The notes under the pieces: generated by a model
Told to the model about the DNA's origin: nothing
Seen by the model: only the letters and a program-made list of their open reading frames with translations
Database searches by the model: none
Shown: positions 1-14,073 of the stretch, piece after piece
Layout of the letters: each line of letters opens with the position of its first letter
Numbering within the stretch: the stretch's first letter is position 1
Translations under genes and position numbers: made by a program
Assembly: GCF_008831285.2 (NCBI RefSeq)
Contig: NC_045138.2
Span: 21,762,001 to 21,826,000, forward strand
Length of the DNA stretch: 64,000 nt
Direction: 5' to 3'
From: Nymphaea colorata
Taxonomy: Eukaryota

Positions 1-397
1 TCACCGATGTGTAAGTTAAAGTGCATCAAAGTAGAACCACGATGCACCAACAAAAGCAGACCAAGTACTTGTATAAGTAAAAGCACATTGGGGGTAGAGA
101 TGGAGTTGAAGCATTTGAAGTAGGCTTAAGGGTAAGGAAAGGGATGAAAGAAGAGATGGGGTTTCAGCTCTCTACCGGGTGATAGGATATTAAAATACTT
201 CTTTTGTTCATCCTCAAATTTGTTGATCATCTTTGGCTGAATTGATTAGACTGATTTTTATAGTCCAAAGGTATACGTGCAGATTGTCTGTATGTATAAT
301 TAATGTTGGTTATTTTTCTTTAACCTCAACTTTTAACGTTAGTCCAAAGATAATACATGTGATCAAGCATTCTCTTGGTGGCCTTGGTAATATTGAG

Positions 398-407
398 TCT
401 CTCTCCT

Positions 408-443
<36 letters not shown>
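398..443. repeat. (CT)n microsatellite, imperfect
   Basis: Run of ct dinucleotides read directly. Confidence 0.9.
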
Positions 444-446
<3 letters not shown>

Positions 447-482
447 AGGTACTCCAATTTTGTTGAATATTAAAAACAAAAC

Positions 483-594
483 GATCCGCAGGCTTATTTA
501 TAACTGACAACATCTCAGCAAGTTGTTTGTGATGAAAAGATCCGCAGGCTTATTTATAACTGACAACATCTCAACAAGCTGTTTGTGATGAAAA
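483..594. repeat. Tandem duplication, 2 x 56 bp
   Basis: gatccgcaggcttatttataactgacaacatctcagcaagttgtttgtgatgaaaa at 483-538 is repeated at 539-594 with 2 substitutions. Confidence 0.9.
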
Positions 595-1624
595 GTCACG
601 ATTAAACCTTCAAAAGCTGAAACCTTGGCATACCAGGTAATACAACTAAGTTGGATATGGTTTCCAAAAAATATATTATAAAGGATAAATACGACCGAAC
701 TTGGTTGCCATAACCATTTTTGGAACAGATTTTCAATTAGCTTTCAGAAACATTTTGCTAAAGTTGGATTTTTGCTATATAAGTATCAAATGATTTTTAG
801 TTCTATGCATTGTTTATGCATATTTTAGTGGAGCTAAATTGTTTTACAAAGAGGGGTTCATTTAATGGTAAATGATTGTACTGGATCTCAAGAAGAATGA
901 AATATTTATACTGCGAAAAGCATTACTGTGATTGATCAACAATTTTTCTACATATGTTAGAATAGAATGCTAAAGCTCAATTAGTTTGTCTTGTTGCCAT
1001 CAGGAAACTTGTTTGTATAGTTTGATAAGTTACAATAAACAATGTTATAGACAGTGATTGTTAATGGCTTAATGATATTATCAACGTACATGCTCTTCTA
1101 GTGGAATTTCAAAATAAGGCATGTTCCTATAGTTTCTTCTGAATCTAAGGTATTATGAAGTTCAAACAATTCTATTCAAAAGTTTTACATAAAAATAAAT
1201 TCAAAGAGTTAGAACAAAAAATTATCCTTACATTATGCCACCTAGAAAGGATTTTTTTTTCCCTTATGTTTTTATTGTTATTATAGTGCATTCACCTCTT
1301 CACCTAGCAAGGGAGGGATTATTAGATGACCTAGTGCAATGTCGAAAAGTATTTATAGAAAGGTATAGGTACTACATTTGGAGTATAGTTAATACATATT
1401 ATATAGTTGAGAACTTACAAATAATGCAATTAAAAGATTGATCTATAGTGCATGCATGTGTTCTATTTAATGCAACAAACTCATTTTTATTTTCAGGCTA
1501 TGAAAATGCAATTTCTTCTATATGCCTAGGATAAAATGTTTCCTCTTGCAATTGAGCCCCCCCGAAAAAAAAAAAAAAAATCAATGTTAAAGGGATAAGA
1601 ACATAATATGATGAACTGAAATTG

Positions 1625-2790
1625 AGTTGGAGGCTTATAGTGTAGTGTCATGGAAGATGAATGAACTCATTAAAGGACAACAATGTTGATAAGTCTTCTT
1701 GCATATTATCCTAGAGGTTTTTTTTTGTGGGGAAATGGTCTCAACACTATTGCGCTTCATATTTTTGATGATGTTGTTAAATAAATAGTTTTTAAGGAAT
1801 ATACTATATGTAATTCAACACAAATAATATAGCAAATTATAGAGCGGCAAGTTCATTTCAGACTTTAGAATATGGGTCATTCTTTGTACTTTATATGTTA
1901 CTCAGTACATCAACTATTCACTAATGCCAAGGAATGACATGAAAACAATATTTATACTCATTCTTATGTATTGAATTTGATGATAAAATGAGGGTGACTT
2001 TGTAACTATCTGAAGGTTCAAATTATAGTAATATAAATACCTTGTGATAGGTGTTCTTAGATGATGAATAGGTTGTACATCCACATGCTCACATGAGATC
2101 AAATCGATGGAAATTGGAAATATTGTATTCAAGAGTCAATTTTAGGAATTGTATATTTACCCTTGGTTTAAAGCCAAAGCTTGCTTTACAATGAAAATTA
2201 GTTTACCATGGAATACATTAGCAAAAAAAGCTAACATAGAGTACATCAAGGAAAACCTAAAGTTATATATGCCTATACGAAGGATTATATATGGGAGGTG
2301 AATTGGGGCAACTTCATCATGTCCTTCAGCAACATACTGCCTAAATTCTACATGAAAAATTTCTACAACGTAAACATAGATAAAGAGGTGAATGAAAGTT
2401 TATAGGATGCTTTATATGAACCAGTAAGTTTGACATGCAAGATATCATTGAGTATGAGATGGCATGGGTGGAAATGTAGCCATTTAGAAGGGAACAACTA
2501 TATACCCAGGTATTACATAGAAAAGTTCTTATCTTTAATCATTATAATTTAATAATTTTACCTGTTGCTTTTTATAGTATTTCATTTGTGTTTAGATAGG
2601 TAGCAGGATAGGTATCGTAGTGTCTGCTCAAACTTTAAAGGTTTTGGAATTAAAATTATTAGTCAAATTGTGCAAATAGATGTAAAAAATATTACAAGTG
2701 TTTTGCTAATGAATCCATGCTAAAAGAAGTAGACTAGAATGTGAAAGGTTGAGTAACCTTGTTTACATTCAATATAGTTTATAACTAAGA
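1625..2790 (+). pseudogene. Degenerate hAT transposase (DUF659 region plus C-terminal dimerization domain)
   Basis: Colinear broken motifs: CSVMEDE*T (~GCSIMSDGWT), RTTMLISLLAYYPRG (1674), TNNIANYRAA (~TDNAANY, ~1820) and IHAKRSRLECERLSNLVYIQYSL*LR (~2713-2790; ~IHTKKRNRL..LVYVQYNL). Many stops and frameshifts. Confidence 0.7.
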
Positions 2791-3357
2791 AAAGGGTGAT
2801 AAGTTCATATAAACTTGTTTTATAAGTTAATTTGCTATTGCATTAACATAGACTTGTCTTATGATCTATATACATTCCTAAAATTTCTCCTGTTTGTTTT
2901 TAAGCGTTTGGCAAGAAAGCATAGAACACAAGTTGATCCCAATTGCATTGAACAAATTCATTTCATGATGTATAAGACTAAGCTTTTCCGTTTACGTGTC
3001 ACGATATTACGTATATATGCTAAATTGAAGAGTGTCAGTTGTCATTTTACTTATGACATGTTTTTTATACAAAATGATTTGTTGTTTGTCTTAGTTATTC
3101 TGATTTTTCCTTTTTTTATTGTTTCCAATTTTTTAAAATTTTAACATTAAGAATATGTGTTTTTTTTTTTTTTTTTTTACATTGTGTTGCATTACATGAG
3201 TAAGTATTTGACTAATTGCATTATGCAATTTTTAGCATTGGTTAAAATTGACAAGAATTTTGCATGTGTCAAGATTCTCTAGAACCATATTATGAATTTC
3301 ATGGCCTTGAAATTAAGAATTTGAGCTACCAAAAGAGGATAAACAGTTGATAACAAT

Positions 3358-3807
3358 TAGGGATGTCAACGGATCGAATTCGGATCGGATACATCTTCAA
3401 TCATATCCGTTTTTTTGGATATTCATATATTCGGATTCGGATTCAGATTCGAATTCGGATAAAGCAAAGTCATATCCGAATCTGAATCCAAAATCCGATT
3501 TTACAATCCGAATCCGATCCGAATCCGATTTTTATATTTATATCCAAATCCGAATCCAAATTTTGAACCGGATTTTGCCATTTTTCAAGTATTAGATAGA
3601 GGATATTTGCCTAAAACTGAATCCGATGCGAATCCGTATCCGATCCGATATTCATGTATATCCGAATCCAAATCGGATCGGATGTCATTTATTAAATCCG
3701 AATCCGATCTGATTTCTTAATCGAATATTAAATTTTTATCCATATCCGTTTTTTTCGAATCGAATCGATCGGATATCCGATTCAAATCGAATATATTGAC
3801 ATCCCTA
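3358..3807. mobile_element. hAT-type MITE, family A (ATCCGA-rich)
   Basis: TIRs TAGGGATGTCAA...TTGACATCCCTA; perfect 8-bp TSD ATAACAAT (3350-3357 / 3808-3815); internal atccga/tcggat sub-repeats. Confidence 0.92.
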
Positions 3808-5957
3808 ATAACAATGGAACCTCAGACGCTGTAGCAACACCCACAGCGTGTTGTTAGATCTTTCAAATAAAGAACTGTTCGTTTAATTAACCTCATATTC
3901 TCTCCCCTCTACGCTTCTTCCTCTTTAATTTTCAATAGATTGGATCATGATAAGAGGCAGTGGTAGAGGGGGACTTTCTGAAAAAAAAAAATACAATATA
4001 AAACTTTAAAAAATTTCTATTCGCCCCCCTGAAAATTTTGGAAATTATGTAGCGGCCTCACTTATTTTATTTTTTGGGTACTGTTTTTTTTGTTTTTGTT
4101 TTTTAAAGCTCGTCTTATTATATTCGAGAAAAACCTTACCGTTTCAAACTCCGAAACCTTATTTGCGACTATGAAAAAAGAACCATCTGTCTCTTTTTTT
4201 TTTTTTGGGTCTCATAATTAATTTGTTTTCAATTGAAATATTTCAATCTATTAAGTCTATGACATGGACTCCATAAATACCTCATTCTAAAAAGTGTAAA
4301 ATTGGAGTAACAGCGCACTCTCACAAAAATGGCTAAATGAAAATAAATGCAGTTGTCGTATTCCCTTAAACCATAGTTGGCAAATTCATCAGACCAAGTA
4401 TCGAATCCCGGAGTGATCGTCCATTTACTGGGTCAGGTTCATAAGTCAGCCGTGATTGTCAACTAATTACATGAATTCTTTTTTGTCGTGCACTGCTGAA
4501 TACTGATACACAAATACTCATATTACGTACCATTCAATTTTAATTGATGAAAAATAAAAAATCAAACATGATGTTCCGATAAGCCTACTTTTTTCGTCTA
4601 TTTAAAAAAAAATACACTATAAATAATTTTGACCTGACCGGACTGAGTTACTCAAGTAACCCAGTCATCAGCCGATCCGAGTTCAAGTCACTGAATGAGC
4701 ATTCAATTCTTGAACGTTGATAACTTATACAATTATCAACGACAACTGATGCTTATTATGAATGTGGAATTTGTATGGAATTATAAAAAAGAAGATGGTG
4801 CCCATAAAAAAAATATAGTGATTAATTTAAACTTTAGTATCTTATCTACGTGATTAGAAAATTTTAAATTTATTTATTATTTATTGAATGAAAAATTTAT
4901 TAATAATCATATATACAGCTGAATAATGAATACTGGACATGGGGTTTGACTAATGACCTGATTAATGTCACACCGATCTAGATTTCAGACGTCTTTGAAT
5001 CGGATTCAGTTGTAAATTTAAAAGTCCGATACAAATTAATCAGATTCGTTTTTATTCAATATAAAGCGGAATTTAAATCCAAATTCTGAACGATCTGGTC
5101 CGTTTCCATCCAGTACAAACTTTGCCCCATTAGGAAAAAAAAGAGAAAAAAAATTAAAGCATAATATTTTTTAAGGCGCGTCTGAAATTTTCCATTATAT
5201 GACTTGTCTTTTTTAATATGAATTTTCTGCCTCCGTCTCTGCTAGCTGATAATTACGTAGGCTACCTAAGATGTGAAAGGAAAATAAATACCTTTTTCAT
5301 GAATGTGGTTCGCTAACTATGAATTTTAACCACTTAATGTAATTCGAATAGATATATGTTAGCCTCCATACTAAAGCAGGGAAAAATATATACCTAAGTT
5401 TTTTATATTGTAAAAGCCACTCTATAAAAAAAATAAGGTACCCGTTACCCTATATTAAATGTCGTTAACATAAGTTGAGTTAATAAGATGATGAGATTAA
5501 AATATGAACTTGAATATAAAGAAAAATTTCTTATCATCACAATGTATATTAGTCTCTTTAACTATGCAAAATATTATTATTATATTATAATTACTCTTTC
5601 ATGTCTAACTGTTTTCAAATCGGCTTTTATTAACTTTAAATAGCTAGGTAATTACATACTTCATTAATGCTAGAAGGTTATTCAATAAAAGCTTAGTGGT
5701 ATTCGCAAAATTTCATATATTTCTCTTCTTCTCTTTCAGAGGTCAAAATCTTAATTTTCCACTAACTTAATGGTTGAGAAAGAAATAAACTTATCAATAC
5801 TCTTAATTAACCATGTGAAAATTAACTTAGAAATCAACACTAAGAAAATAGGTTTTTTTTTTTTGTAATTTAGCTTTTGTACATCGACAAGTTAGCAGTA
5901 ATTATCCTTTAACTTGTATTAACAATGTTTCATTTTCATGTTAGAACAGATATAGTT

Positions 5958-6365
5958 ACAGATGTCGATATGTTCTATTTGGACTGGATATGTACTGAAT
6001 AGTTATAAAAATCAGTTTTTTAAAAAAAATAGCATCTGATTAAAAAAAATCAAATCAGACTCACATTCAAGAAAAAACATCCAATTGAATTTGGATTTGG
6101 ATATACGTAAGTATTTAATCATATCAGATTCAGATTGGCTCTAGTTTTAAACTAATACCATATATCCAATGCCTTTACATTTTGAAACTCATCCATATTA
6201 GATTCAAAATTCTGATTAACAAATGAATGTAAAAAGCAGATTTGGATCATAAAATTGGATTTTGGATATGGATTCGAATATGACTTTTCTTTGTTTGTAT
6301 TTGAATCTGAATATGTGAATATCCAAAAAAATAGATACAGTTAAGAGTATATCCAATTCAATTGC
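5958..6365. mobile_element. Degenerate family A MITE, inverted relative to the 3358 copy
   Basis: Resembles the reverse complement of 3358-3807 (e.g. tatgacttttctttgtttgtatttgaatctgaatatgtgaatatccaaaaaa); termini eroded, boundaries approximate. Confidence 0.6.
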
Positions 6366-6571
6366 GCACCAAGCCTTTAGAGGCCTTTGATGCTCATCGA
6401 CGCAACAACAGCACCCCCGATGCTTGACAACCCCTTATTGATGTAATCATCAAAAGATTTCGATTGTTTCCCTCGTTTGAAGGGGAAATTTTACCTCATC
6501 CTACAATGAGTTGTGTTTGATAAACTAGAAAAAGTTTATCTTGAAAAATTTACTGGTGTTTGATGGTTAAG

Positions 6572-6728
6572 CAGGGGCGGAGGGAGAGGGGGGAATCTAT
6601 ATGTATGTTTTAAGAAAATTTAGTTTAATATATATATAAAAATTTTAAAATTTTCAATTTTGGTCACTGTTAAACTTTTGAATCTATAATTGGGTCCCTG
6701 AAATGAAAATTTTCTGGCTCCAGCCCTA
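6572..6728. mobile_element. Short hAT-type MITE, family C (CAGGGGCGGA TIR)
   Basis: CAGGGGCGGAG...CTCCAGCCCTA; degenerate TSD tggttaag/ttgctaag (6/8). Confidence 0.65.
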
Positions 6729-8031
6729 TTGCTAAGCGAGGAAAGAGGAGAAAAATGGTTGTACGTAACTAACCCTTACAAACGTTTTCATTTTTTAAAA
6801 ATTTGTGTTTCAATAATCACACAAATATTGTTATAATAACCTTTTAAATTAAATAAAAATTTGAAGAAATCCAGCTTTGAAAATTTGGTGGCTGTTTTTT
6901 TTTTTTTTTTTTTTTTTTTTGTGCAGAGCTCATGGTATTTCGAACGACGATCTGATCAGTGATCACAACGTCGTTGATATTACTGTAAAGAAGTAAATCG
7001 AAAATTAATATCTAAGATGCGAAACGGCCAAAGCTCAATTCCATTTTGACGTGAAACGAAGGCGAACAGAGGCAAAAATGATATCTAAACAGAGCAAGAA
7101 TCATTCATAATAAACGAAGGCAGCTTTTGTTCTTTCTTTTGTCATCGTTTGAAGAAGAACATATTTTGATATATTTCCACCAGTAATCAAACGCAGCTGG
7201 GATTAGTGCCCATGACACATTGTTGATCAATAATTAGGACTTTCCTTATGTTTCTTATTTGATATATTTTGCTTCCAACATGTGGAGATTTGAGGTTTCA
7301 TCAGTGGGTTCTTCAGTATTGGGCTGAATTGGAGATTCCAAATATCTTCTGTTCACAACCGTCGAGCAAGATCTGTTACTTTGTTTCTTTAAATTATCCT
7401 GCATAACTTTCTCCCCCTCTTTTTTACCCACTCTTTTTACTGTTTAGTTGAGTGAAGATATCGTTTTGCATGACAATTAATCCATTCATACATGAGGAAA
7501 ATTTCTGGTGATTGCTATCATTTGTGGTTGGCTTGAAGATGTTGTCTTCCTTACCTCTCCTGTTGTAAAGAGTGCAAGTTCACCTTTACCAGGTGAGCAA
7601 GAGAATTAATCACACCACCTAAGCGAAAGTTGAAACTCTCATTCTTTCTTTTCTTTTGTTCTTAAGTTTCAAAGTTGCGTCGGTAACAGGTGGTGAAATT
7701 TTCACGTGCTTCAACTTGTACATAGGAACCATCCCTTTTTTAGGGTACACAAGAATATTCTCCTATAAGCCAAACTAGACACACACAACATAAGGCATCC
7801 CTTAACCCCAAGGAGGGGTAGTACACTGGATGACAAGGCGGTCGTCGCCCATCCATGTGTGCTCCTTCCTTGGACCTCAAAAGAGGCCCGAAGCATGCTC
7901 TGTGTCCACGAGGGTGACGGGTACAAAGGGAAGAGGTAATGGCCTCTCTTTAGGGTGGTCGAAAAAAACTCCACTCACTCACAAAAAACGTAGGGCATCT
8001 CAGTCTGCCCGTTTGAGCTATGCCCTTATGG

Positions 8032-8451
8032 TAGGGATGTCAACAGATCATATTCAAATCAGATATATCCTTAATCATATCTGTTTTTTGGATATTCACA
8101 TATTCTGATTCGAATTCGAATAAAGAAAAGTCATTTTCAAATCCGAATCCAAATCCGATTTGAATCTGATTTTTATATTTGCATCTGGATCCGAATCCAA
8201 ATTTCAAACTGAATTTTTGTCAATTCCAAAAATTTAATAGCATGAGATAGAGGATAGTTTTCTAGAAATGAATTTGATCTGAATCCGATCGGATATTTAT
8301 CTATATTTGAATCAGAATCCAATTGGATGCAATTTATTAAATCTGAATCCAATCTCATTTCTTAATCGGATATTAAAATTTTTTCTATGTCTGATTTTTT
8401 CAGGTCGGTTCAGTCGATATCCGATTTAAATCGAATATATTGACGTCCCTA
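8032..8451. mobile_element. hAT-type MITE, family A
   Basis: TAGGGATGTCAA...TTGACGTCCCTA; colinear with 3358-3807; no clean TSD. Confidence 0.85.
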
Positions 8452-9125
8452 CTCTAAGAGCATGCCTGCCTTCCCAAGTCAAGCCATCTTGTATAGCATC
8501 AACTTAATGGTTTCCATGCTGGTTGCCTCAAATAAAAGAAAAAGAACAGTCCGAAGTCCAAACCGGGGCTTGGCAGTGCTTTAATTCATCCAAAGCTTAA
8601 TTTCGACAGAATAGGAATGCTGGAGAAGCAACAAGAAGAGTATTATTATTTGCCATCGTCGCATATATTCGGTTAAAATATTTGTCAAGATGAGAAAAAA
8701 TTATTTCCTTTTTTTTTATAGAGGAAAAAGAAACCTTTTGAGTGAGCATGGCAGCATAAAAAAACATACATTTTCATATATTCCAACGTGACATGATTGA
8801 ATTTGAAGCATGGTTTAGTTGCTGTAAAAAACACTTAGACTTGTATCAGGAAAATAAGATAATATGAGGCAATATGACATTATAGTAAACATATGATCGC
8901 CTAAATGAAATTTTCCTTTTATTTCAAGTTTATATCTTATATTCATGTTGGAAATGAACTATGTAATAGTAGTTTTGTCTGTGTCTGTTTATGGAAGAAA
9001 TTATTAAATGGTTAAAGTTGTCTAAAACAATTCAAAACTTGGGGATATAACAAAGCACTTGTACACAGTCTTTTTTTTTGCATATGTTTGTGTCGGATTC
9101 CAAGTAATTAGAGATTATGTTAGGG

Positions 9126-9161
<36 letters not shown>

Positions 9162-9163
9162 AG

Positions 9164-9384
9164 TGAATGGTGACACTAGTTATTTAGAGTCACACAACTC
9201 ATGTGAGTGCGGTCTAATTCATCATTATGGATGGTTGATAAAAAACAAACAAAAAAAATATGATTCAACAATAGGTGACTAAAATGTTCATAACATTTTT
9301 CTTATTGTTTTCTCTCAAATGTTCATCATTAAAATGTCTTCATAAGTAAACTTAGTAACACTAGATAGATAGAGTCACCATTCA
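9164..9384. mobile_element. MITE with TGAATGGTGAC TIRs in a (TA)n context
   Basis: tgaatggtgac ... gtcaccattca inverted termini, flanked by TA runs (9128-9156 and ~9392-9403). Confidence 0.55.
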
Positions 9385-10328
9385 ATTTTCTTATATATAT
9401 TATAATAAGCATACTGTTATTTATTTGATTACCAAAATAGAGAAGCAGGTGCAAAATGGTGGCTAACTTTTAATGAAATAGAAAAAAACACTTAAATTTC
9501 AAATACTTTTCCTCCAATTGCATACTTAATTTCTATAATCTATATTTCATTTTTAAGTTGTTAAATGTAACGCACTCAAACGCTACTTTCGTTTATCAAC
9601 TTAAGAATTAAAAGGGAAAAGGTAAAATCAAACCAAACTGTAAGACTCGAATCAAATGTTCTCTTAACAATTATTGATCAAGGGGCGTCAACCTTATAAG
9701 GTAATTTGGTAGGCTTTTGCTGATGTGATGAAAATTCACACTAAAGTAGACGGCACATCGAACTGATAGATTTGGCGTACATGATCACTAAACTCCACCT
9801 ACAAAAATAAATAAGAGGGAAAAGTGAAGGCGACGAGATATGAAAAATCTAAAAAAATAAAAAGGCGACCGACAAGACCAATTTGGGAACCAATGTGTAG
9901 TTGTAAAGCGTTCTTTCATGTTTGACAGCTTATGAGGATGTGACATGGCTCGGATTTGGTGTTGAAGTCTGAAATAGGTCATATATATATATATTTTTTT
10001 ATTGAAGATGAGCTTTGATGTATGAACAGATAAGGGCGTTTGATTATGTTAGATTTAAGATTCTGAGGTGATATTAGCGACTTAAAATCTCAAGGAAGAT
10101 TTTGGAATCTTAAATCTTAGGTTTCAGGTCTTTGATTTCTAACAAAGATTTAAAAAAAAAAAGAAAAAAAAGAATCAGATGGTTTGTTTGAAAGATGGAT
10201 GAATGGCATGATAATAAGTTTGCACTCCCTGCATCTTAAAAATCATGGATTTCTTCAACTTGGGCACCCACTGTCTTTGAGTTGAGACATGAATTTGGGG
10301 GACAATAAAAATCTTGTTTTCTGAGTAT

Positions 10329-10838
10329 AAGGAATGAACAACGAGTCGAGTTCGATTCGTTAAAGCTGGGCTTGTGAACGAGTTCAAGCCGAATCATTCG
10401 CTTAACGAGTTGAGCTTGAGTTCATGAGTCGACTCGTTCAAATAATCAAGTTGAGTTTGAGTTCAACATATAATTGTCGAGTCGAGCTCGAGCCTTAATC
10501 AAGTTTGTAGATCCTTAATCAAGTCAATATATTCAAACGAGTTTATGAGTTTATCGAGCCTTAATCGAGTCGAGCTCGAGCTCAACACGTAACGATGAAT
10601 ATCAATTTTATTCAAACGAGTTTGTCGAGCCTTAATTGAGTCGAGCTCGAGCTTAACAAGTACCGATGAATATCAATTCTATTCAAATGAGTTTGTCGAA
10701 CTTTAATCGAGTCGAGCTCGAGTTCAATACGTAACTGCCGAGTCGAGCTCGAGCTATTCTCAAGCTCGAGGTTTCACTAGTCGAGCCGAGCTCGAGCTAA
10801 CTGAACTCGGGCTCGACTCGACTCTTTGTTCATCCCTA
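10329..10838. mobile_element. hAT-type MITE, family B (GAGCTCGAG-rich)
   Basis: TIRs aaggaatgaaca / tgttcatcccta; TSD ctgagtat/ccgagtat (7/8); internal ~70-bp tandem sub-repeats. Confidence 0.85.
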
Positions 10839-11554
10839 CCGAGTATACAATGGGTTGGCACAGTGGATAGCATGGATATGATAGGCAACAAGTTTTCATT
10901 TTGAACTCTCATTGCATCAACTCTTTAGAGAAAGACACCGAAGTATAAGTTGAAACATAACGTGGGCAAGCGACTGAAATCAGCCTTTGAAGGATTAGGG
11001 AGAAGGTAAGAGAGAAAGTTTCGCCCTTTCACTCACGGGACGAGAGTCTTCAACTTGTTACAGCCATGGATTTAGAGAGGACTTTGTTTTCCAAAGTCTG
11101 GTGGTCCAATATCTATGGTTGCCAGATGACTGGTCAGGAACCATCTTCATGGGATTGAGTTAGATTCAGACCCGAATGCAGACATGCAAACCTGACCTGT
11201 TGGCAGCTGTTGTTATTCGTTTAACAAGGGCCCAAACATCCAGAGTGTAAGCGGTCACATGTGCTTCTAATAGACAAGTCTGACAGCAGCAGCAGCAGCA
11301 GCAGCAGGAGGCTTGGCCCATTCAATCCTCAAAAGGCTCAGTCATACGTGATCCATCTTCTGTCATAGGCGCAGACCTGCGAACTGAGTTGAACAAACTC
11401 AAGTAGCATGTTTGGGCGCTGTTCATTAATATTTCATTTGAGTTAGCTCGAATTTGATGGGATTTTTTTTACTTGGTCGCCACGGGAAGTATAACACTCA
11501 ATCAAGGCTTAGTAATTGTTTCTGCAATCACACATGAAATGAGAAATGCGGCTG

Positions 11555-11890
11555 CAGAGGCACATGTGGGCTTGCGAGGGCAATTGCCCACACAAACCCA
11601 TCTAAATCGCCTGCTTATATAATCAAAGTATGAGCGCTCCTTAACAAGAAATTTTTAGCTTGGCTATCACTACAGCGAGGGAGAGGGAGATGATAATGGC
11701 GTACCTGGAGAAAGTCTGCGGTGTTCTGGTGGTGGTGTTGGGAACTGGATAATCAAAGTATGAGAAAGAAAATTACATTGAAAAAAATATAATTTTTTAA
11801 TTACACAATGTATTTTTTAGATTTGAACTATCTAGATCTAGAGGTTGAAATGTTGACCTGCCCCTGAAGAAAATCCTGGCTTCGCCCCTT
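11555..11890. mobile_element. Family C-like MITE with an internal insertion
   Basis: gagggcaattgcccac motif shared with 25561-25576; right end aaaatcctggcttcgcccct; left boundary approximate. Confidence 0.5.
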
Positions 11891-13225
11891 TATGTGAGGC
11901 TTGAGGCATTAAGACGGCTAGAGAAATCCACATTTTTTTAAATATATACAGAAAGTAAATAGGTACTATATTCTTAGGTGTTAGGCCTATAAGAAATCAC
12001 CTTGATTATTGATCTTTATGAAATGAAATAATTGATTAGTAATCTAACATTACTATACTCTTTTTTTGAGTCGAGTGAACGTCATCGGGTAGAGGTGGAA
12101 ATGGAAAAAAAAAAAAAAATAGGGCTGGTGAACTTTGAATAAATAGCACGAATGACTATTCACTCACTTGTTATATACATGGTTAGTTAGGTATATGATT
12201 GATGAATTCAAATCCTACACCTACTTATGATTTGCCTCTCCAAGGGGGGGTCCATGCCATGAGTCTAAATCAACGAAAGCAGCCCACAAATGCCAATTGG
12301 ATCCAACTTGGCATGGATCCCACACATTTATCCTCAATTGCTCCTCAAGCTTCCATGTTGATGAAGCAGATGTTATTTTGTACATACTTTCATAACAATT
12401 ATTAAATTAATTGTACTATAGATTAATCAATGCTAAGGATGTTCATTTACAACAACAAACCCATCTTTGCTATCGCACAAAAAAAGTGGTTAAATAAAAG
12501 AAATTCAAATTTAAGTGTGGCTAAATATTTTAAAATTTTTCATAAAAAAATAATAATAATAAAGCATCTGCATGAAAAATTAGATAGGTGGTCGATTGTT
12601 GGTTCAAATTGCATATAGAGGAAGTGATGCATTAGTTGACGTCCAATGTAAGTTTCAACCGAGAAACCAAAGCAGCCTTGGACCTTAGGGTCGGCGGGGT
12701 TTCGTGCTTGCGGAGTTTCTTTTCCTCGTCTTTGATGCGAAACATTGTTAATGTTGGTAGTAACAGCAGTCGATCATTTCAGAAGTGCTTAAAGAAAGGT
12801 CCCATTTCTCCCAAAAAAAAAAAAATCTAAGATATTAAATATGGAAAGGGGGAGAGTTTGGTAGAAAGTTTTCAAAGGTGCAGATGAGCGCATGTAACTG
12901 CTCAAAGTCTTTCCTTCAAAGCTAAAAGCCTTGGAAGAAAGCCAAAAACGTCATTCTCTTTATTGGTCCCATAATTAATTAACCACTCACCGAATGGCCA
13001 AGCTATCAATTTTTAACATCTCTTTAAATGAAAATGGGTTGGCGCATAGTACGGGTGTTTTGTCATTTATTTTTATCTGCATTATATATATCAAATACAA
13101 AATTGGATCCGATAAGTTTTGCTGGTTCGAGTTTGATCAATTCAGAGAAATATCACTCATAAGAATTGAACTGATGACGAAACTTTTACCAGTCTACCAG
13201 TCTGACCATCTATATATATTATACC

Positions 13226-13436
13226 CAGGGGTGGAAGGAGAGGGGTTGCTTAGACCATGGCCTCACTCCAACGAATTGAAAAAAAATATATTAATTTTTT
13301 GTTGAGTCCATGTGTTGTTTGGATTTGAGTTTAGTTTAGCCCTACTCGGATCTAACCCACAAAACCTAGCCTCTTTCGTTGCAGTTTGTTGGACCATTTG
13401 GCCCGTCTCTGAAAAAAAATCTTGGCTCGGCTCCTG
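13226..13436. mobile_element. hAT-type MITE, family C
   Basis: CAGGGGTGGA...CTCGGCTCCTG; TSD attatacc/gttatacc (7/8). Confidence 0.75.
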
Positions 13437-14073
13437 GTTATACCTCTCGAGGTGCCATAAAAAAAGTAGGGAGCTAGGAATTTTTCGATAACGGCACTCA
13501 TACTTTAAACCATATCTTTTATATCTTTTAAGGAGCAAGCATTATGTAATAACTGAATTTATGAGGTATTAATAGATAATATGCAAATTTGTGGGAGTTC
13601 ATGGACAACTGCCCACACAAGCCCACATTCACTAGTTGGTGTCGGTGGCCAAAGTGGTGGAGTAAAGGGGCCAGGTTGGTGGGTCAAGCTGCAGCAGGGA
13701 AGAGTGACCCACAAACTAAGGCAAGAACCAGTCGGTCACTGATGGAATTCAAGGTAGGTAGATGCCCAAAATCCTAGTCCACATGTGGCTCTCCACAGCC
13801 TACAGTCCTCTAGTTTAATTTGGTGGGTAAAACCTTTAATGGAAGAATGTACCAAGGCCATGGAGATGTCGGTCCCTGCCAACCGGCATACGATGTGAGC
13901 TTGCATGATAAGGACAATGATGCCGATTTTTTCGAGTACAAGACAAGCGCGAATGGCACCAATGGGTTTAGCGTAGCTGGTTGGACCAGCGACGACAGAT
14001 TGTCACCATTGATTTGATTCTCATAGGTGTCAACCCCGTATATAAGCGATACAGCCTTAGGCCCTGGGCCAAA

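Noticed and set aside
528..565. C/D-box snoRNA-like motif (TGATGA...CTGA)
   Set aside because: Only ~38 nt long and created by the junction of the 56-bp tandem duplication.
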